Positions 27,127 through 36,004 of a stretch of 64,000 bases of DNA are shown one piece after another. Under the pieces are notes generated by a model. That model saw nothing but the letters and a program-made list of their open reading frames with translations. It was not told the DNA's origin and did not search any database. The stretch's first letter is position 1. Every line of letters starts with the position of its first letter. A program made the translations under genes and the position numbers. Location: positions 9,970 through 73,969 of the forward strand of contig JBAXUW010000001.1 in NCBI GenBank assembly GCA_037129495.1, in the 5' to 3' direction. Source of the DNA: Planctomycetota bacterium. GTDB taxonomy: Bacteria > Planctomycetota > Planctomycetia > Pirellulales > UBA1268.

Positions 27127-28341
27127 ATGCCTGCCGCACCACTCGTCGCCGTCATTCTCGATGCAGCGCGGGCCTACGACCGGCTGATCATCGGCGGCGT
27201 GGCGCAGTTTGCCCGGGAGCGGGCCCACTGGAGTCTGTATGTCGAGGAAGACCCGCTCCAAAAACTGCCCGACCTCGGCCGCTGGCACGGCCAAGGCATC
27301 ATCGCAAACTTTGACGACCGTCGGGTGGCCACCGCGATCCGCGGCCTCGATATTCCTGTCGTCGGCGTCGGCGGCGGCTATGGCTGGTACGACGCGTCGT
27401 CTGGCATTCCTTATATCTACACCGACAACGCCGCCATTGGCCGGCTGGCTGCCGAGCATTTGCTCGCCTGCGGCCTCACACACCTCGCCTTCTGCGGCTA
27501 TCCCACCACGCAGACCAGCGGCTGGTCGGAGGAGCGGGCGGCGGCGTTTGAACAGGCCTGCATGAGAGCTGGCCGCCACTGCCACACGTTTACCGGTAAA
27601 CATGGCAACGCGCGCCGCTGGGCTGACCTCCAGACTGAGTTGACCCGCTGGCTCGCCCCGTTGCCAAAGCCGCTGGGCCTCGTGGCCTGCAACGACCTCC
27701 GCGCCCGGCATGTGCTCGAGGCCTGCCGCACGCTCGGGCTACGGGTGCCGCACGACGTGGCTGTGCTCGGCGTCGACAACGACGAGATGATCTGCGAGCT
27801 GACCAACCCACCCCTCTCGAGCATCGACCAGGCGGCGCGGCGGATCGGCTACGAGGCGGCGGCGGCGCTCGACCGTCTGATGGGCACCGCGCCGTCGGTG
27901 GCGATGGCCAGCCGTAACAAAGGGCGGCAACGCCGAGGTCAGGCCGCTCCGGGTAGGATCGTGGTGCCCCCCATCGGCGTCGTGGCCCGCGCGTCGACAG
28001 ACACGCTCACGACCAGCGATCCCGTTGTCGTCAACACGCTGCAGTCCCTGCGACACAGCCCGGCGACAAGGCTCAATTCCGAGTCGTTGGCCGCCGCAGC
28101 GGGCCTCTCGCGGGCGACCCTCGAGGCCCGGTTTAAGATGGCCGTTGGCCGGTCGATTCATGACGAGCACATCCGGCTGCGGGTCGCGATCACCCGCCGG
28201 CTCATCACTGGCTCCGACCTACCACTGAAAACCGTGGCGATCCGCAGTGGCTTCCCGTCGGTGCAATACATGACGACGTTTCTCCGCCGCCACACCGGCC
28301 TCACGCCCGCCCGCCTGCGGGCCCTCGAGCGGAAACGATGA
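27127..28341 (+). CDS. XylR-family regulator (periplasmic-binding-protein-like sugar domain + AraC HTH)
   Basis: N-terminal LacI/PBP-like fold (VAVILD.., ACNDLRARHVLEA, AVLGVDND) and a C-terminal AraC HTH (IAIRSGFPSVQYMTTFLRRHTGLTPARLR). Confidence 0.8.
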   Translation: MPAAPLVAVILDAARAYDRLIIGGVAQFARERAHWSLYVEEDPLQKLPDLGRWHGQGIIANFDDRRVATAIRGLDIPVVGVGGGYGWYDASSGIPYIYTDNAAIGRLAAEHLLACGLTHLAFCGYPTTQTSGWSEERAAAFEQACMRAGRHCHTFTGKHGNARRWADLQTELTRWLAPLPKPLGLVACNDLRARHVLEACRTLGLRVPHDVAVLGVDNDEMICELTNPPLSSIDQAARRIGYEAAAALDRLMGTAPSVAMASRNKGRQRRGQAAPGRIVVPPIGVVARASTDTLTTSDPVVVNTLQSLRHSPATRLNSESLAAAAGLSRATLEARFKMAVGRSIHDEHIRLRVAITRRLITGSDLPLKTVAIRSGFPSVQYMTTFLRRHTGLTPARLRALERKR

Positions 28342-28588
28342 CCCCGCTGGTGAAACAGGCGCGCGATGAAGGACAGGCCAGACAATCTCATTTCCCCGTG
28401 GAGGCGAGTTTGTGAAGTGTGCCGTTCCCACGTAAACCAAAACGTATCCCACGCCAGCCGTAACGTGGGCTCACATTCTCTGGTTCTCCATTTCCTATCC
28501 TTCTGGCCCTCTCCTCTCAGAGGGGAAAGGCAGGTGTCTCACCTATCATTGGCACAGAGGGCCTGCCAGCTAGCCCTCACAGGGTGCG

Positions 28589-30628
28589 TTATGAATTGCC
28601 CCGCTTTGGCCGGTAGCCGACGCTCTTCCGCTGGCGGGCTTCCTTACGGGAGCCCGTGGCTGGGCCGCCTCGCTCGCGGCCCGTGGCTGGGCCGCCTCGT
28701 ATGTGGTCGCCGGAGGTGGATTCAGTGAACGCGCGGGTGGCTTCGCTCCGCTTCCTATCGAGTGCCTCCTTGGGCGCACGGTCTGGGATCAGGCAGTCGC
28801 AGCCGGAGCCGATGAGGTCGTGCCGGCCCGCCTGTTCCAGCGCCCGCCGCACCTCGAAATAGTTTTCTGGCTTGAAAAATTGCAGCAGTGCCCGCTGCAT
28901 CCGGCGGTCGCGGAGGCCCTTTGTCACCTTCACCGGCTGCCGCGTCATCGGGTCGATCCCGGTGTGATACATGCAGGCGGCGATGTCGAAGGGGCTCGGG
29001 ATGAAGTCTTGCACCTGATCGGGCTCGTAGCTGTTGCGCTTGAGGAAAAGGGCCAGTTCGATCATCTCTTCGACGCCGCTGCCCGGGTGGCTGGCGATGA
29101 AATAAGGCACTGTGTATTGCTTCTTCCCCACGCGGCGACTGGCGGCCTTGAAAGCCTTGTCAAACTCGAGGAAGTCGTCAGCCGCCGGCTTCTTCATGAG
29201 GCTCAAAACCTCGGGGCTGGTGTGCTCGGGAGCGACTTTCAAGTGGCCGCCGACATGATGCTCGGCGAGTTCGCGGAGATATTCTGGGTCTTTACGGGCC
29301 AGATCCATGCGGACGCCCGACGCCACCAGCACCCGCTTCACTCCCGTGACGCTCCGCGCCTCCTTCATCACCGCCTTGAGCGGCCCGTGGTCTGTGCCGA
29401 GGAGCTTGCAGACGGTGGGGTGCACGCACGAGAGCCGGCGGCACTTCGCCTCCACCTCGGGCCGTGTGCACCGCATCTGATACATGTTCGCCGTTGGGCC
29501 CCCGATGTCAGACACGGTGCCCTTGAAGCCGGGCTGTGCAGCGAGCAGTTTGATCTCGGTGATGATCGACTCTTGTGAGCGGCTCTGGATGATCCGCCCC
29601 TCGTGGGCTGTGATCGAGCAGAACGTGCAGCCACCAAAGCAGCCCCGCATAATCTGCACGCTCGTCTCGACGACCTCGAAGGCGGGGATTCGGGCGCCGC
29701 CATACGAGGGATGCGGCCGACGGGTGAACGGCTGGCCGTAGACCTCGTCCATTTCATCTTGTTCCAGCGGCAGGGCAGGGGGATTCACGACCACTGCCTC
29801 ACGGCCATACCGCTGCACCAGCCGCCGTGCGTTGTGGGGATTCGTTTCCAGATGTGAGATCCTGGTCATCTCGCAAAAGGCCAGCGGGTCGCGGACGACC
29901 GCTTCGTAGTCGGGCAGTGCCAGCGTGTCGGCGCCGGACGGCGGCGGCTCGCTGGCGCCGAGCCGGTAGGCGACTCCCCGCCTGTCGCGGAGCTGCTTTA
30001 CCATGGCGACCGTGGCCTGGCCGTCGGTGGCCGTGTCGGTCATGGCGGCGAGACTGCGGGCGATGTCGAGCACCGTCCGCTCTCCCATGCCGAAGACAAC
30101 GAGGTCGGCCTTTGAGTCGAGCAGGATCGACCGGCGGACCGTGTCGCTCCAGTAGTCGTAGTGGGCGATCCGGCGGAGGCTCGCCTCGACGCCGCCAGCC
30201 ACCACCGGCACCCCCCCAAACGCCTCCCGTGACCGTTGGCAGTAGGCAAGCGTGGCCCGGTCGGGCCGGCGGCCGATGATGCCATCTGGTGAGTAGGCGT
30301 CGTCGTTGCGAACCTTCCGGTTGGCGGTGTAGTGGTTGATCATCGAATCCATGTTGCCCGCCGAGATGCCGAAGAAGAGCCGCGGCCGGCCAAACTGTCG
30401 CCAGGGCTCGCAACTGCTCCAGTCGGGCTGGGCTAGGACGGCCACGCGGAAGCCTGCCGCTTCGAGGAGCCGGGCGATCAGGCCGTTGGCGAAGCTGGGG
30501 TGATCGACGTAAGCGTCACCGCTCACGAAGACGACGTCGACAGAGTCCCAGCCCCGCGCCGCCATCTCGGCAGCGGTGGTCGGCAGCGGTGGTCGAGGGG
30601 TACGGTCGGTGGTAAGGGAGAGCGACAT
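28589..30628 (-). CDS. ygiQ: YgiQ-family radical SAM protein (UPF0313)
   Basis: Start at ATG 30628 (track start 30664 is TTG). [21 protein letters not shown] as in E. coli YgiQ. Radical SAM cluster motif CFGGCTFC. The basic C-terminal tail contains a duplicated GGPATG, from a 20-nt direct repeat at 28653-28672 / 28680-28699. Confidence 0.9.
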   Translation of the reverse strand: MSLSLTTDRTPRPPLPTTAAEMAARGWDSVDVVFVSGDAYVDHPSFANGLIARLLEAAGFRVAVLAQPDWSSCEPWRQFGRPRLFFGISAGNMDSMINHYTANRKVRNDDAYSPDGIIGRRPDRATLAYCQRSREAFGGVPVVAGGVEASLRRIAHYDYWSDTVRRSILLDSKADLVVFGMGERTVLDIARSLAAMTDTATDGQATVAMVKQLRDRRGVAYRLGASEPPPSGADTLALPDYEAVVRDPLAFCEMTRISHLETNPHNARRLVQRYGREAVVVNPPALPLEQDEMDEVYGQPFTRRPHPSYGGARIPAFEVVETSVQIMRGCFGGCTFCSITAHEGRIIQSRSQESIITEIKLLAAQPGFKGTVSDIGGPTANMYQMRCTRPEVEAKCRRLSCVHPTVCKLLGTDHGPLKAVMKEARSVTGVKRVLVASGVRMDLARKDPEYLRELAEHHVGGHLKVAPEHTSPEVLSLMKKPAADDFLEFDKAFKAASRRVGKKQYTVPYFIASHPGSGVEEMIELALFLKRNSYEPDQVQDFIPSPFDIAACMYHTGIDPMTRQPVKVTKGLRDRRMQRALLQFFKPENYFEVRRALEQAGRHDLIGSGCDCLIPDRAPKEALDRKRSEATRAFTESTSGDHIRGGPATGRERGGPATGSRKEARQRKSVGYRPKRGNS

Positions 30629-30779
30629 GTCAGGCCGGAGGCAGTGGAACAGGCTCGAGTCCAAAGTCTACACCCGGGAAAGATGGCGGGCTGGCACCTC
30701 GGCATCTTCTTCTGCAAGTTGCCAGCCGTCGGCGGACTCGAGCTGGGGCAGAGGGGGTGGTCAGTGCTATATTTATCGC

Positions 30780-31817
30780 ATGACAACCGTCACAGCTTCC
30801 CTTGCCGCCAGAGCCCAAACCGTCGGGATCGCGCTGGCTGTATTGTCAGTGTTGGTCGGGGCCGGGCTGGCGGCTGGTGATGAATCGGCGACCCCGACTG
30901 ACGCTGTTCCTCCCGATATCAGCCAGATCAGCAGTTGGATCGACCTGCTGGCCGCCGAACAGTATGCCCAACGCGAGGCCGCTACCCGCAGCCTTGCCGC
31001 TGCCGGCCAGATTGCGGTCGAACCGCTCCGCGCGGCGACCCAGCGGGGCGACTTGGAAGTGAGCAGCCGGGCCGTAGCGATCCTCCGGGAGATGCTGACC
31101 GGCGACGATACCGATCTCGCTGGTTCAGCTGAGCGGGTGCTCGAATCCCTGGCCGAGGGGCCAGACACAGCCGTGGCCCGCCTCGCGGAGGCCACGCTCG
31201 ATTTCCATACGATCGGGATGGCCGGCGCGGCCCGCGAGAAGCTGGAGTCGTTGGGCGCGATCATTACTGAGGGATTCATGCCCAGCGGACAGCGCGGTCT
31301 GCTGGTTCTGATCAACGCCAACTGGTCAGGCAGGAGTGAAGACCTCCGGCTCCTCTCCAGACTCCGCAAACTGGTGCAGGTGGGCGTGCACAGCGTGGTG
31401 CTCGACGATGCGAGCCTCGCGGTGCTCGGTCGCCTGCGGGGGGTCGAGCAGATCCAGCTCTATGGCACAGGGATCGGTGATGCGGCAATCGCAGCCCTCG
31501 CGGTGAAACTTGCTGATACTAGAATAGATGTGCGGAAGGGGGGCAAGCTCGGCGTCGCCGGACAGGCGGCGATCGGCCCCTGCGTGATCACCCACGTGCA
31601 GGAGGGATCGGCCGCGGCCCAGGCGGGCCTCCAGATCGGTGACATTGTTCTCACCATCGACGCCGCCCCGGTGGTCAGCTTTGAGGCACTCACCGAGTCG
31701 GTGGGTGGCCACGGAGCGGGAGACAAAATCGTGCTGGAGATCGAGCGTGGGAGGCTGGGCCCCGGCGTCGAACCCCAGCGGTTCAAACGCACGGTCGAGT
31801 TGGGCGGTTGGGAGTGA
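30780..31817 (+). CDS. secreted HEAT-like / leucine-rich-repeat / PDZ domain protein
   Basis: Start at ATG 30780 (MTTVTASL, signal-like) inside track ORF 30576..31817. C-terminal PDZ pattern GVAGQ..VQEGSAAAQAGLQIGDIVLTID. Confidence 0.7.
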   Translation: MTTVTASLAARAQTVGIALAVLSVLVGAGLAAGDESATPTDAVPPDISQISSWIDLLAAEQYAQREAATRSLAAAGQIAVEPLRAATQRGDLEVSSRAVAILREMLTGDDTDLAGSAERVLESLAEGPDTAVARLAEATLDFHTIGMAGAAREKLESLGAIITEGFMPSGQRGLLVLINANWSGRSEDLRLLSRLRKLVQVGVHSVVLDDASLAVLGRLRGVEQIQLYGTGIGDAAIAALAVKLADTRIDVRKGGKLGVAGQAAIGPCVITHVQEGSAAAQAGLQIGDIVLTIDAAPVVSFEALTESVGGHGAGDKIVLEIERGRLGPGVEPQRFKRTVELGGWE

Positions 31818-31900
31818 GCGGGGCGGCTGGTGGCCGCAGGCTGATGTCGGCCTGATGATCGGCCTGATAACAAAGCACAAAGCGACAGGAAAGCGAAGCC

Positions 31901-32560
31901 ATGGACGAAACGATTGATGTCCGTTGGCATGCCCATGCGGTGACCCGCGAGACCCGCGAGCGGACTGCCGGCCACCAGGGCTGCGTGCTCTGGTTCACGG
32001 GGCTCTCCGGCTGCGGCAAGAGCACGCTGGCCAACCTTGTCGATCATCGGCTGCACAGCCGCGGCGTGCGGAGTTTCGTGCTCGACGGGGATAATGTCCG
32101 CCTGGGGCTCAATGCGGCGCCGGCCCTCTTGCGAGAGCAGCATGGCGACGAGTTTGCCCACCGGTTTGGCCTGGGCTTTGGAGCCCAAGACCGCGCGGAG
32201 AACATCCGCCGCATCGGAGCCGTGGCCGAACTCTTCGTGCAGGCTGGGATGGTGACGTTGACTGCCTTCATCAGCCCCTACCGACGGGATCGTGATGCCG
32301 TGCGGGCCATGCTGACGCCAGGCGACTTTATCGAGATCTACGTGCGGGCGCCGCTTGAGGTCTGCGAACAGCGGGATCCGAAGGGGCTCTACAAGAAGGC
32401 CCGCGCGGGGGAGATCAAGGGGTTCACGGGCATCGACGATCCCTACGAAGAACCACTCGCCCCAGAGTTGGTCGTTGATTCCGCCGCAACGCCAGCCGAT
32501 CAGTTGGCCGATGGGGTGCTCGCCTGGTTGGAGCGGGCAGGGAAGATCGCGAGGCCGTAA
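31901..32560 (+). CDS. cysC: adenylyl-sulfate (APS) kinase
   Basis: P-loop [30 protein letters not shown], and the PYEEP end block. Confidence 0.9.
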   Translation: MDETIDVRWHAHAVTRETRERTAGHQGCVLWFTGLSGCGKSTLANLVDHRLHSRGVRSFVLDGDNVRLGLNAAPALLREQHGDEFAHRFGLGFGAQDRAENIRRIGAVAELFVQAGMVTLTAFISPYRRDRDAVRAMLTPGDFIEIYVRAPLEVCEQRDPKGLYKKARAGEIKGFTGIDDPYEEPLAPELVVDSAATPADQLADGVLAWLERAGKIARP

Positions 32561-32571
32561 GCCAAGCTCGA

Positions 32572-32784
32572 TCAGCCCTTCTTGATCCACCAGTGATTTT
32601 GTTTCATTTCCTTGGACGGGCACTTGGTAAAGGCCGGGGGAGAAGCACCTTGATACTGCTGGTGGCAGTAGTTGCACTCCCAAAGACCGGCTGCCATCGC
32701 CAGGCCGGCGGACCCGGCTACGCAAGCCACGCTGAGAGTGGTGACAGCAATGATGCGGAGGAATTCGCGACGAAGTTGACGCAT
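32572..32784 (-). CDS. small Tat-signal Cys-containing secreted protein (hypothetical)
   Basis: ATG 32784: MRQLRREFLRIIAVTTLSVACVAGSAGLAMA / AGLWECNYCHQQYQG..CPSKEMKQNHWWIKKG. It has an RR-x-FL twin-arginine pattern, an AxA site, and a CxxC plus one further Cys in a ~40-aa mature part. Confidence 0.4.
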   Translation of the reverse strand: MRQLRREFLRIIAVTTLSVACVAGSAGLAMAAGLWECNYCHQQYQGASPPAFTKCPSKEMKQNHWWIKKG

Positions 32785-32934
32785 GGAAAGGTCTCCAGGG
32801 AAGTGATTGCCACCGGGTGAGACCCTGACAACAGGAGGGGTCATACACCCAGTAGAGCTGAACTGTATCGATGGGCGGGCCGACGCGTCAACTGAGCGGA
32901 CTGGATCGCATGTTCCAGGGCTGCCGGGTCCCCG

Positions 32935-33285
32935 TTATTTCCGCGGCCCGAGCAGTTCGATGAGATTGCCGTCGGGATCCCGCACGCCGGTGAGCGACAT
33001 GCTTGGGGCGAGTGATTCCGGCAGGGCAACGGGCGACTTGGCAAGTGGCTTTACGCCCAGCTTAGCCAGCCGGGCCAGAGCGGCATCGGTGTCAGCCACC
33101 ACGATTGTGAGATAGCGAAAACCGGTGTGCGAGTGGATGAAGTCATTGTCTCCGGTCCGGGGTGAAGTGCCGGCCACCTGCATGAGCTTGAGTTTGGTAG
33201 CCTCGCCGCCAGTGCCTAAAACGAGCACGCGGATGGAGAGCGGCTTTGCATCGGTCAGACCGGCCGCCGTGGCGACGTTTTCCAA
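32935..33285 (-). CDS. VOC (glyoxalase/bleomycin-resistance fold) protein, apparently 5'-truncated
   Basis: C-terminal VOC pattern YLTIVVADTDAALARL..GV..VRDPDGNLIELL. The ORF opens only 10 nt after the rpoD stop, has only a TTG at its head, and lacks the usual first beta-alpha-beta module. Confidence 0.45.
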   Translation of the reverse strand: MENVATAAGLTDAKPLSIRVLVLGTGGEATKLKLMQVAGTSPRTGDNDFIHSHTGFRYLTIVVADTDAALARLAKLGVKPLAKSPVALPESLAPSMSLTGVRDPDGNLIELLGPRK

Positions 33286-33295
33286 CTTGGCGACG

Positions 33296-34885
33296 TTAGT
33301 CGAGGAATCCCGAGAGTTCCTCGCTCCGCGCCGGAGCCTGGAGTTTGCGGACGGCCTTCGCCTCGATCTGCCGAATCCGCTCGCGAGTCACTTTGAAGAT
33401 GTGGCCGACCTCTTCGAGCGTGTAGCTGTAGCCGTCGCCCAAACCGTAACGAAGTTTGATGATCTCACGCTCCCGGTAAGAGAGCGACTTGAGCACCTTC
33501 GCGATCCGGTTGCGGAGCATCTCCTGCGCGGCACCCACCGCCGGGTTTTCGGCGCCCGTGTCGGGAAGCAGGTCGCCGAAGTGGCTGTCTTCACTGTTGC
33601 CAACCGGCCGGTCGAGGCTGATCGGGTAACGGCTCATCGCCGTGACGCGTCGGGTCTCGTCGACTTGGGTGCCAGCCCGGGCGGCGATCTCCTCGATCGT
33701 GGGCTCGCGGCCATATTCCTGGAGCAGTTGGCGGGCGACATTTCGCACGCGAGACATCGTCTCCACCATATGAACCGGGATGCGGATCGTGCGGCTCTGG
33801 TCGGCCACCGCGCGGGTGATCGCCTGCCGAATCCACCACGTGGCATAGGTGCAGAACTTGAAGCCGCGGCGGTATTCGAACTTGTCCACCGCCCGCATCA
33901 GGCCGGCGTTGCCTTCCTGGATCAGGTCGAGGAACGACAGCCCACGGTTGCGGTATTTCTTGGCGATCGACACCACAAGTCGGAGATTGCCTTCGGAGAG
34001 GCCGCGCTTCGCCTGCTGGTAACGGGCGTAGATCACGCGAATCTCGTCCATCCGCCGCTTGAGACTCCGCGGTGTCTCTTGGCACGACTTGAGAATGGCG
34101 CGATATTCTTCGACCAGTTTAAGCCGGCTCGTCGGCGGTTGCTTCGACCGGCGGTGCGACTCGATCTTGCTGCGCAGTTCCTTGAGCCGCAACACGAAGT
34201 TGTCGAGCGTCGGGATCATCGTTTCGATCCGCTGGGTCCGCAGGCCGAGTTCCTCGATCAGCCGCACGCAACGACGGCGGCGGTGGCCGAGACGGGCCCA
34301 CGCCTCACGGCGTTCGGCCATCTTCCGCTTCTTTGAGAGCGAGATGCGGTAGTCGCCTCGGTTTTGGCGGAGCAGCACTTCCAGAGTACGGAGATTGTGA
34401 GGCAGGCGGCCGAGGATCTGTTCCTTCTCCAGGCGGTCGGTCACCGATACCTGCACGGTGCGGTCGAACGGCAACTCGCCACGATGCACCCGCGACAGCA
34501 CCTTGAACGACTGCTGGCAGACATACTCGCATTCCAAAAGCTTTGCGCGGAACAGTGCCCGGGTGCCTTCAATCTGCCGCGCCAGATAGATCTCTTGGGC
34601 ACGAGTCAGCAGTGGAATCTCGCCCATCTGCGTCAGATACATCCGCACGGGATCATCCGACCAGTTTTCGACCTGTTCGATGATCATGTCGTCGTTTTCA
34701 CCGTTCGACTCGATCTCCGCGTCGACTTCGATTTCGCCGTCAGGGAGCACGGCCACGTCGCCGTCGTCTACCAGAATATCCACGTCGGCTTCTTCGACAT
34801 CAACGACCTTGTCGGCGAGTTCCTCAACTTCCATGGGAGAGGAAACAACATCGTCTTCGAGTTCATCGAGCAAAGAATCGTACAA
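33296..34885 (-). CDS. rpoD: primary RNA polymerase sigma factor (sigma-70)
   Basis: Acidic region 1.1, [11 protein letters not shown] (1.2), [13 protein letters not shown] (2.4), region 3, and [27 protein letters not shown] (4.2). Track start 34885 is TTG; the first ATG is at 34834. Confidence 0.95.
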   Translation of the reverse strand: MYDSLLDELEDDVVSSPMEVEELADKVVDVEEADVDILVDDGDVAVLPDGEIEVDAEIESNGENDDMIIEQVENWSDDPVRMYLTQMGEIPLLTRAQEIYLARQIEGTRALFRAKLLECEYVCQQSFKVLSRVHRGELPFDRTVQVSVTDRLEKEQILGRLPHNLRTLEVLLRQNRGDYRISLSKKRKMAERREAWARLGHRRRRCVRLIEELGLRTQRIETMIPTLDNFVLRLKELRSKIESHRRSKQPPTSRLKLVEEYRAILKSCQETPRSLKRRMDEIRVIYARYQQAKRGLSEGNLRLVVSIAKKYRNRGLSFLDLIQEGNAGLMRAVDKFEYRRGFKFCTYATWWIRQAITRAVADQSRTIRIPVHMVETMSRVRNVARQLLQEYGREPTIEEIAARAGTQVDETRRVTAMSRYPISLDRPVGNSEDSHFGDLLPDTGAENPAVGAAQEMLRNRIAKVLKSLSYREREIIKLRYGLGDGYSYTLEEVGHIFKVTRERIRQIEAKAVRKLQAPARSEELSGFLD

Positions 34886-35406
34886 GGCAAAGCTCCTTCG
34901 TGGATCGTTCTTCAGGATTCAAACAAAACTTGAGACAGACTGAATCGTGGTGCCCGCAGCACACGAAGCATCATTCGCAATGTCGCGAGTGTGATTCAAG
35001 GGCTGGGGAAATCCAGTTGAAAAAAAACGGTTTTTGAGGCCGGCCGGTTCTCCCGGCTTGCCCATTCCCCCGATAGCCGGGAGAAGACTGGCTTTGGGCC
35101 TTGGCGTGTTCTTCGTGCGGGCAACCATGAAGCCAGCACCGCAGCTTCGAGTGCCCCGGATCAGTCGCACCGCCAACGGAGACTGGGCGGGATGCGAAGG
35201 AGAAGCGGAGGGCATTGGCAGTCTCAGCGGCGGGCACTCATCGGACGCAACATTATGCACCTGTCTCCGAGGAAAATCCAGCAAATTTTTGCTTGAAAAT
35301 GGCCTGGGGTTCGAGTTTGAGGGGCGGGAATGGTAAAAGGAAGCGGCAGGAGAATCTCTGCGCTCACCGGCCGACCTGGCCACTGGCAGCATCGAGCGAT
35401 CAAACC

Positions 35407-35958
35407 ATGAAGAGAGAACAGAAAACCCTTCTGTTGCCCTGTGGGGCTTGCGCGACAGAGATCGAGATTGTCTCGGGTCAGGCCGGCGGACACGCGGAGT
35501 GTCCATCCTGCCACCGGCAAAACGACGTGCCGAAGTTCCGGGATCTGGAACAACTGCAGATCAAAGCCTCGTCTGCCGTCAAACCAACGATGCCATGGGG
35601 GCTACCGCAGGCGCTCGCCATGGCGGGCGTGTCGGTCGCTGTTCTGACCTGCGCCACTGTGGCTCTGGTGGGATCGCCACCCAAGAGTGCGTTTGACCGC
35701 GAACGCCTGCGGGCCAGTATTTTTGCGGTCGACGATACGCGGCTCTATCTGGCGCTTGAAGACTTCTCCCGCGCCAGCGTGGCCCGGCCTCCCACCATTG
35801 AGGAGACCGAACTCAATCGCCGCACGCAGTATTCCCGGGGCGTGTCCCGCGCGCTGTTCGCGATCGGCGGGCTGGGTGCGGCTGTCGCCGCCGCAGCTGG
35901 CCTCGTGATTTTAAGCGGTTCGAAAACCAAGCCCATCGTTGACAGCATAAGAGGCTAA
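35407..35958 (+). CDS. hypothetical zinc-ribbon membrane protein
   Basis: Start at ATG 35407 inside track ORF 35215..35958. CGAC..17..CPSC zinc-ribbon pattern followed by two hydrophobic helices. Confidence 0.5.
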   Translation: MKREQKTLLLPCGACATEIEIVSGQAGGHAECPSCHRQNDVPKFRDLEQLQIKASSAVKPTMPWGLPQALAMAGVSVAVLTCATVALVGSPPKSAFDRERLRASIFAVDDTRLYLALEDFSRASVARPPTIEETELNRRTQYSRGVSRALFAIGGLGAAVAAAAGLVILSGSKTKPIVDSIRG

Positions 35959-36004
35959 CAGCAGACGAGGCTGATAGCGCTGGCATGCAGAGTGGGATAA
36001 CGTC

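Noticed and set aside
28500-28580. Sequences ggccctctcctctcagagggga and agagggcc..gccctcac in the XylR/YgiQ convergent gap, plus a similar ggccccctctctcgcc..cctctctccc string at 60966-61000. Considered as another repeat family.
   Set aside because: Only short, low-complexity CT/GA-rich similarity. I could not align them into a convincing shared element within this window.
33125-34336. 403-aa ORF antisense to rpoD. Similar long antisense or alternative-frame ORFs: 3400..4383, 6192..6992, 22217..23083, 28703..29578, 31460..32848, 36168..37262, 38508..39383, 40083..40919, 43555..44430, 45899..46685, 47751..48902, 48899..49594, 50990..51796, 54575..55255 and 55607..56383.
   Set aside because: Each lies opposite or out of frame to a gene with unambiguous family motifs and shows skewed R/G/P/A composition. 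I found no independent evidence of coding.
35290-35320. tRNA T-loop-like string ggggttcgagtttgagg.
   Set aside because: There is no complementary T-stem, acceptor stem or anticodon arm around it. No tRNA could be drawn anywhere in the window.
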